Shown: one piece after another, positions 61,420 through 64,000 of the stretch
Numbering within the stretch: position 1 is the first letter of the stretch
Layout: each line of letters begins with the position of its first letter
Origin: Octopus sinensis
Taxonomy: Eukaryota
Reading direction: 5' to 3'
Length of the DNA stretch: 64,000 nucleotides
NCBI RefSeq assembly: GCF_006345805.1
Contig: NC_043000.1
Span: 17,298,001-17,362,000, forward strand
The notes under the pieces: generated by a model
Databases searched by the model: none
Told to the model about the DNA's origin: nothing
What the model saw: only the letters and a program-made list of their open reading frames with translations
Program-made: the position numbers and the translations under genes

Positions 61420-61880
61420 CTGGTGTAGATAAGTGGCTTACCAGAGCCATGCAAGACATATAGAGGGTGTTATCAGCAAGGCAAGAGTTAGGAAAGAGTC
61501 TAGCAAGGAATTTAACGTGTGTAGGTGTCCACACCTGTGGAAGAAGAAGTAGGAAGACAATGGAAAGAAGTGATGAAGGCTGACCTCAGAATGAAGGAGA
61601 TAGCAAGGGACTGCAACAAATAGTAAGCAACTATGCTTCAGAAGACTCCAACACATGCAAATATGAGAAAAATAATGCCAAACCTCACTACATCTCTACA
61701 AGAGTGTATCACTAATGATTTCTTTCTTAACTCTCCAGCAATCATCATCATTGTTTAGCATCTGCTGGCATGGGTTGGATGGTTTGACATGGAGCTGGCT
61801 ACAGGGAGTTGTCCAGACTCCAACTGTCTGTTGAGTCATGGTTTCTATGGCTGGATACCCTTCCTATTGTCAACCACTTA
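61420..61880. mobile_element. Diverged RTE 3' fragments in both orientations
   Basis: GRR.RKTW-like segment on plus; gcatgggttggatggtttgac tail on minus. Confidence 0.55.
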
Positions 61881-62171
61881 AGTCGTGCAAATAACATGTA
61901 TCTCTTCTCTCTAATGGCATCAATGATTGCCAAATGACTACCCACATACACTGTTTTGTGGGATCCACTCATATGGACACTCAACAGAGAAAATATTGTG
62001 TAGATGAGTAGGATTATAGAGGAGTAAAACTTAGTATGTAGGTTAGGTAGGGAAAAAATTATGGAGAGGTGAATGTGCAAACAAGAAACTATATAAAGAT
62101 GTAGGTGTGTATATACAGAGATGTAGAGGTGCAGGTATTTACAATCACTATGAAAAAGAACAATGAATTAA

Positions 62172-62391
62172 CACTTTAGCATTCGTATTATTCTATCAAA
62201 AGTAATACTTATTTATTAACATCGGTTTGAATTAATCATGCATTATCTTGTAGCTATGAGATTTTGATAGGGTAACTATTAATTTTTAGAATGACATTGT
62301 AGAATTGGTGTGAGAGACCAGATCTGACTAGTTTGAACACAAAACAGGCAGAATATTTTGGCCAGATATGACCAGTTTAAATGCTAAAGGG
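62172..62391. mobile_element. piggyBac-type MITE (220 bp), TTAA TSD, inverted relative to 40508-40717
   Basis: TTAA-CACTTTAGCATT ... AATGCTAAAGGG-TTAA. Confidence 0.85.
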
Positions 62392-62447
62392 TTAAATATT
62401 AATGAAAAGAAAAAGGCTGCTGTGAAATCAGAATATAAGTTCCTTAC

Positions 62448-62563
62448 CTGAGGGGATGTTGTAAAATGGAGACCATCAACTCCACAGCTATGCCAGCTGC
62501 AATCATGGACATTCCAGGCCTTGAAACTGTACATTGTTGATCCAATGTACGGTCCTTAGTGGA
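62448..62563 (-). CDS. ATG7: ATG7 exon with catalytic Cys: [38 protein letters not shown]
   Basis: 116 nt; ttttgtttcAG acceptor, GTAAGG donor; carries the [10 protein letters not shown] active-site motif; in frame with both neighbours. Confidence 0.97.
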
Positions 62564-63821
62564 CTGAAACAAAAAAGGATCCATTTTGATATATTTGTAG
62601 CAAGTATCTCAGGTAAAGGTGGACATTAATGTTTGTGAACAACATACAAAGACATTTCAAATATAAATAGACACCTCCTATTGTACCATTTTATTTGTAC
62701 AGTGTTTCTAGTGTTTCATATCTTGTGAATCTTTTCTCTTTTGTTTCAGTTATCAGACTGCAGCCATGCTAGGGCAACAGCTTGAAGAATTTTTAGTTGA
62801 ACGAAATGACCCCTAGTACTTTTTTTTTTTTTCAAAGCCTGGTACTTACTCTATTGAACAGTGTCCATTATTTCCCATATTCTATGAAAATATGTCTGGC
62901 CAGAGGAAAATATTACTTTATTTAGAAATAGGTGAGGGTTGGTGACAAAAGGGCACCCAGCCAGAGAAAATCTGCTTTAGCAAATTCTGTCTGACCCATG
63001 CGAGCATAGAAAAGTGGACATTATGATGATGATGATACAGGTGTAAATCCAAGTGGCATATTATTGTATTAAATGTACTTGTACTACTTAAGCCTTCCGT
63101 TATAATACTTAGAGTAGAACATTTGAATTCCCTGAATGCCTGCTATCTATTGATCACAAGTTTATTATCCCTTGCCAAACCAGAACTAAAACTTCTAAAA
63201 GTAGAATAGAAATGTTTACCGTTAACATTTATATTTCCTGAACTGGATTCAGTTAGTACATTATTAGTAAGTATAAAATATTTTCGCACACTCTCTACCA
63301 TTATTGCTATCTTTATCATTATTATGGCTTTGTAATATAATCAAAGACTGGGTTTTGGGATTCATATGTACCACAACCCAAAACTGAACAACTATTAAAT
63401 CTACCTCTAGGGTTTTCTTTAAACATAGTTAAAGTTTTGTAAAGCTTAAAAATAATATTTTTACTTCATTTTTAATGGTTAAACTCCAAGTAGATAAGGC
63501 TATAATTAATAGTGTGTTAATATTGGATTAAAATAGTCATTTAACTTTTTCTATTCAAAGGACTTTTTAACCTAATATTTTATATTATAACTTTATCTAC
63601 TTCGAGTTCATCCTTTAAAAATGAATTATTTTATCTTCTCTTGCAGTTTCAAAATTCTAATGACGTAAATTATTTTTATCCTTTTTTAAAAAAAAAATAT
63701 ACTAGAATATGAAAGCATTATAAGTGAGATGTGAGAATTTTCTCAACTGAATGACTCTACCATGACATAGCTAAACGTGTAGAATTTGAAAAACTGAAAG
63801 AGTTATTAAAATAATACTCAC

Positions 63822-64000
63822 ATCACCAGGAGCAACTACATCATTACAGAAATAACAGCCAAGTTTGTTCCCAGCAAGGTTACCCTTGAGAATTTCTGCA
63901 TCAGTTTCTGTGGCATTGTCAACATCATCTGGGTTTCTCAAACCATGCCGTAGAACGAGGAATGTATCAAACCCTAAGGCAGCATTGATGACAATCTGGA
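63822..64000 (-). CDS. ATG7: ATG7 coding exon (5' part outside window): [19 protein letters not shown]...[14 protein letters not shown]
   Basis: Hand translation of the minus strand gives the ATG7 motifs INAALGFD and [14 protein letters not shown]; exon ends at a GTGAGT donor, phase 0. Confidence 0.97.

Overview
AT-rich, repeat-saturated animal DNA. The SINE, LINE and MITE families point to an octopus (coleoid cephalopod); this is inference from repeat content. The only host gene I can support is ATG7 (autophagy E1-like enzyme) on the minus strand, missed by the ORF track. Its last six coding exons lie at 63822-64000 (truncated by the window edge), 62448-62563, 59024-59105, 57121-57201, 52676-52795 and 50413-50460, all internal junctions GT-AG and in frame. 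The rest is transposons and microsatellites: several tRNA-headed SINE families, a young 5'-truncated CR1 with an uninterrupted RT frame, RTE, R4/Dong and Tx1 LINE pieces, a decayed Gypsy pol carrying a solo LTR, Tc1/maT/mariner remnants and MITEs, piggyBac-type TTAA MITEs, and three Helentron/DINE-like elements. The most interesting signals are minimal hammerhead-ribozyme motifs: one sense-oriented in the ATG7 intron just upstream of a symmetric 27-codon exon, and an inverted pair inside a foldback element with one copy broken by a Helentron-like insertion. Also notable are a perfect 97-bp-arm palindrome, reciprocal SINE head/tail chimeras and several microhomology-bounded tandem duplications. 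Coordinates were counted by hand; repeat boundaries may be off by a few bases and family names are by motif recognition, not database search.
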